NCBI RefSeq assembly: GCF_004010195.1
Contig: NC_057718.1
Coordinates: forward strand, 96,904,079 to 96,968,078
Length of the DNA: 64,000 nt
Origin: Chiloscyllium plagiosum
Taxonomy: Eukaryota
Reading direction: 5' to 3'
This document shows, piece by piece, positions 62,819 to 64,000 of the stretch. Numbering within the stretch: position 1 is the first letter of the stretch; each line of letters opens with the position of its first letter. The position numbers were made by a program, and so were the translations under genes. A model generated the notes under the pieces. That model did not search any database and had not been told where the DNA came from. It saw only the letters and a program-made list of their open reading frames with translations.

Positions 62819-64000
62819 CTGAATTGAACCTGCCTCTGCCACATTTTCAGGCGTTGCGTTCCAGACCCTAGGTACTCACTCGGTGATATTTCTTTCTCTC
62901 CTGTCACCCTTGTTTTGTTTACACATCGCTTTTAAATCTTTGCCGTCTCAATCTTTATTTCTTTTGCAAGTCTCTCCCTATCTATTTTGTCTAGCCCGCT
63001 CATGATTTTGATTTTGAGTACTCCGAACAGATGTCCTTTCAGTCATCAACTCTCCAGGGAGAACAGTCCTAACCTCTTCAATCTAACCTCCTAACTGAAG
63101 CTAATTTGGCTGTTAAGCTCTTTGGAACACTATAGAAATTCAATTTATTTCATTTGCGATGAGATTTGAGAAGATACATGAAAATAAAATAAAACAACTC
63201 GACAGAAAAATGCCAAAACTACAATTTGAGAAATTGATAACATTGGAAGCTAATTATATTTTCATCTGTCCACATATTGCATATTAACTTTGATGTCTGG
63301 AGTGAGATTGCAACAAAAGTGTATTGAGTGCACATTGTTCTTGTTGGAGGTGCAATGATGGGTTTATTTATGTGTTAATGGTGCCGGGTCAGAAGAAAAA
63401 TGCTTCTTTGTAATTACACACGAACATCGCACAAATCATCCAAAACGCTTGCGTAAACATTTTTAGATTCCATTTTATTTTCTCGGTAACTGTTATTTCT
63501 GTGCTCGGAATGAGGCTTTAGAAGTGAATCGTTTGCAAGGTTTCATAACTCATAGTGGCGTGAAAAGCATCTGTGTGCGTCTACATCTGAGTGAGAAGGT
63601 CATACAGAAAATCTTCAATTCCCTCCCGCTCCTGGTAAAAGAAAGACTTGCACTTCTTTCCACTGCCTGGCATCTCGAGATATTTTGCAAACCCATGAAA
63701 TGATTTTGAAGTGAAGGCGTGTGTAATGTGCAGCCAATTTGCACACAGAGAGTGAAGGCAAGGAGAGGTGGGTAAATTCAAGGGTTAAGAGTTGAGAAGA
63801 GTGAGTAGAGAGTGACACCCAGAGAACGGAGAGGGAAGAGTGGTAACTTGAGAGGGTAGAGGACCTGATGTGACAGGGAGCGCATTCATGATGGGGCAAA
63901 GACAATCTCTTAAAGGCCACATTTAGCTGTCCGGCTTGTCTGGAAAATGAAGTCCACCAGTACCTGGATGACCTCTCTCTCCCTCAAGCCTTGCCTCACC

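Larger units (their letters stand above)
62570..63100 (-). mobile_element. Old CR1 3' fragment
   Basis: GLFSLE-type segment and the CR1 tail. Confidence 0.7.

Overview
Eukaryotic, repeat-dense DNA from a cartilaginous fish. It is almost certainly an elasmobranch, because it is full of HE1-type V-SINEs and their CR1/HER1-type partner LINE. The only host gene I can support is the 5' end of phospholipase C beta 1 (plcb1, + strand): coding exon 1 at 55543-55641 and coding exon 2 at 58587-58664. The rest is an upstream gene-poor region and intron sequence made mostly of retroelements: Tx1/L1-clade, CR1, a second L2/CR1-group LINE with its partner SINE, Rex1/Babar, RTE, Gypsy LTR, a Harbinger Myb-like fossil and Penelope-like elements (PLEs). 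There are two assembly gaps. The most interesting signal, which the ORF track does not show, is about 25 short PLE-type inserts in three sequence families (A, B, C). Each family carries a minimal type-I hammerhead ribozyme core, CUGANGA-A-stemII-GAAA-NN-UH, with its own compensated stems. Many copies are fold-back hairpins centred on the ribozyme and flanked by 10-18 bp target-site duplications (TSDs), and one insert is only 20 bp long. Hammerheads in PLE terminal repeats are a known phenomenon; whether these particular families and their fold-back mini-elements are described cannot be judged from sequence alone. Boundaries of old repeats are approximate (about +/-10-30 bp). Exon, TSD and ribozyme coordinates were counted base by base.
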